DNA from: Lama glama
Taxonomy: Eukaryota
Assembly (NCBI GenBank): GCA_028534125.1
Contig: CM052818.1
Location: 1,924,001 to 1,988,000 of the forward strand
Direction: 5' to 3'
Length of the DNA stretch: 64,000 nt
Both the position numbers and the translations under genes were made by a program. Numbering within the stretch: the stretch's first letter is position 1; each line of letters begins with the position of its first letter. Below are positions 62,241-64,000 of the stretch, in pieces. The notes under the pieces were generated by a model. It did no database searches. It had not been told where the DNA came from and saw only the letters and a program-made list of their open reading frames with translations.

Positions 62241-64000
62241 CTGAATGAACCAGTGCCTGGGTACCACATCTTCCAGGATGTGGTCTCTGTGGCCCTCTCT
62301 GGCCACAGTGGGGCCCCTGGTCTTCCCTGTTCTCGGTGAACAACTGAGTGGGGGTTATTTTCGTGCCTCCGTGCCGCTTGCACTGGTGTATGGCCTCCTC
62401 CAGCCCTGAGCCTGGCCTCTCGCCTCTGCAGCTTCAGCACGCACAGGCCCGGGCAGCTCAATAAACGAAGGTTGAACTGTTGAACTGAACCAGTTCCTTC
62501 TCTCCAGCCTCCTCTCTGGCCTCCGCTCTCGACTGATTCATGTGAGGGGCCACCAGGAGCAGCGCTTCAAACAGAGAGGAAACAAACGAAGAGGCTGGGA
62601 AATCGGCGGTAGGAGACAGGCGGAGACATCCATCTCCTCCTGCCCTCCGTCCTCACTGCCATCCCCCTGAGGCTCTCAGGCAGTCAAAAGTTCAGGCTCC
62701 ACGTTTTCTGGAAGAGGGAGGGAAATCTGTGTGTGGGGGATAAAAAAAGTCCCCAAACTCAAATCACGCACACAGAACAACAAGCCATAAAACAGAACAC
62801 CATTGGGAGAGGATGGGGTCACATGGTGGGAATCTGGATTGCAAGGGGGGGTGGGGGCGGCACTTGAGAAAACGCAGCCTGCTCAATGGGAACCAGATGG
62901 GCTGCGTGTTCTTAAATAGAATCCCAGACTTGCAGCGCTGGCGGGAGCCGGCCGGGGGGCTCTCCCCTTGGCCCCTTCGTGGGCAGAGGGTGACACGGAG
63001 GCAGAGCGAGAGAGTGGCGGGCCCTAAGGCTATGACAGAAAGGCACCTAGACCCAGGCTCCTGGCTCGGGGTCAGGGCTGCACTCACCCTGCCACGCTGT
63101 CTCCCAGCCTTTTGCCAGGATCTCCAAATTAGAAGCATGAGAAGCAGTACTGTCATTTCCCCGTTTTCTGTTCTTTCTTCTAATTCTTTCTCTTCACAGT
63201 ATAATTTTAGAGGTGCCAGGAAGTCCTCCTTGTTCCAATATCCCGGTGCCCACCCCCACCCCATCAACAGAGAACGCGACAAGTCTGTGATGGACACAGT
63301 GCTGGGAGCTCCACAGCTCTCTGCTCATGAAATCACCCCAGCGCCTGCGAGCCCAGGGAGGTGCTGGGCTCTCAGTTCAGTGTCCTGCAGGGTGGGAGGG
63401 AGGATGGGGTCAGATATCGCCATTTTGCCTTTTATTGATCACTTAAGATCGAGTATCTTAACCAGAGATCTTTATAGCATCGAAAGCATAAAATAAAACC
63501 ACCCTTGCAGAAACCACTGGGTGGACAGAAAAGTGGCTGTGCCTTCCCTTTTCTCCCTGGTCTCTCCTCCCAGGACAAAGGCATCACTGGTCTCTTTCCC
63601 GGGTCCCCTGAGAGACAGATTCCAGCAGTACCTTCTGCTGGCTGCTGCACGTGGCCCTGTAGACCGTGCACTGAACAGCTCCAGGGGCACCATTCAGCGG
63701 TGTGAATGATGGCCCTGGGCTCCCTGCTAAGCTGTCCTGATGCCCACCCAGGCAGGAGCGGGGACCTCAGGCCTCCTCTGGGCATGGTGAGAAATCCCTG
63801 CTTGTCTGGGAACTCAGAGGGCTCCGTGTCTCCCACTAGTGTCTTCCACTTACTTTTGAGATCTGTCCCCTCTAGGTTGCCCTGGGGCTGGAAATCCTTC
63901 CTCTCTCATCCGTCCAGCGGTGAGAGGGTCTCTAACAACCAGTCAGTCATCCAGCCAGTAGTGGCCAGCACCTTGCAGTATGTACCTGAATTGTAGGTGA

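Noticed and set aside
62813..63496. 227-aa ORF and the overlapping antisense 177-aa ORF
   Set aside because: No recognisable protein similarity or coding pattern, and it crosses a polypyrimidine tract.

Overview
Mammalian non-coding genomic DNA, most likely camelid: it carries a tRNA-derived Vic-1-type SINE and L1 3' ends of the kind I associate with camelids. I found no credible protein-coding gene, RNA gene or CRISPR array. The only ORFs with recognisable products are decayed LINE-1 ORF1/ORF2 fragments. The window has two GC-rich flanks (about 1.8-22 kb and 53-64 kb) with MIR, L2, MER and LTR relics and several AT-rich, homeodomain/FOX-motif islands that look like developmental enhancers. 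Between them is an AT-rich core (about 22.5-52 kb) made of nested L1, CR1/L3, MaLR and hAT elements, and there is a 500-N gap at 55819-56318. I do not see a new biological system. The most interesting observations are mechanistic footprints: a triplicated L1 target site holding a 3'-only and a 5'-only L1 piece, an ORF2-less L1, an 84-bp local templated copy, a poly(A)-only insertion, a retroposed LTR R-region transcript, a candidate mRNA 3'-end retrocopy and a 28-bp perfect palindrome. Repeat family names come from my recall of consensus sequences, not from a search, and boundaries are approximate unless a target-site duplication (TSD) fixes them.
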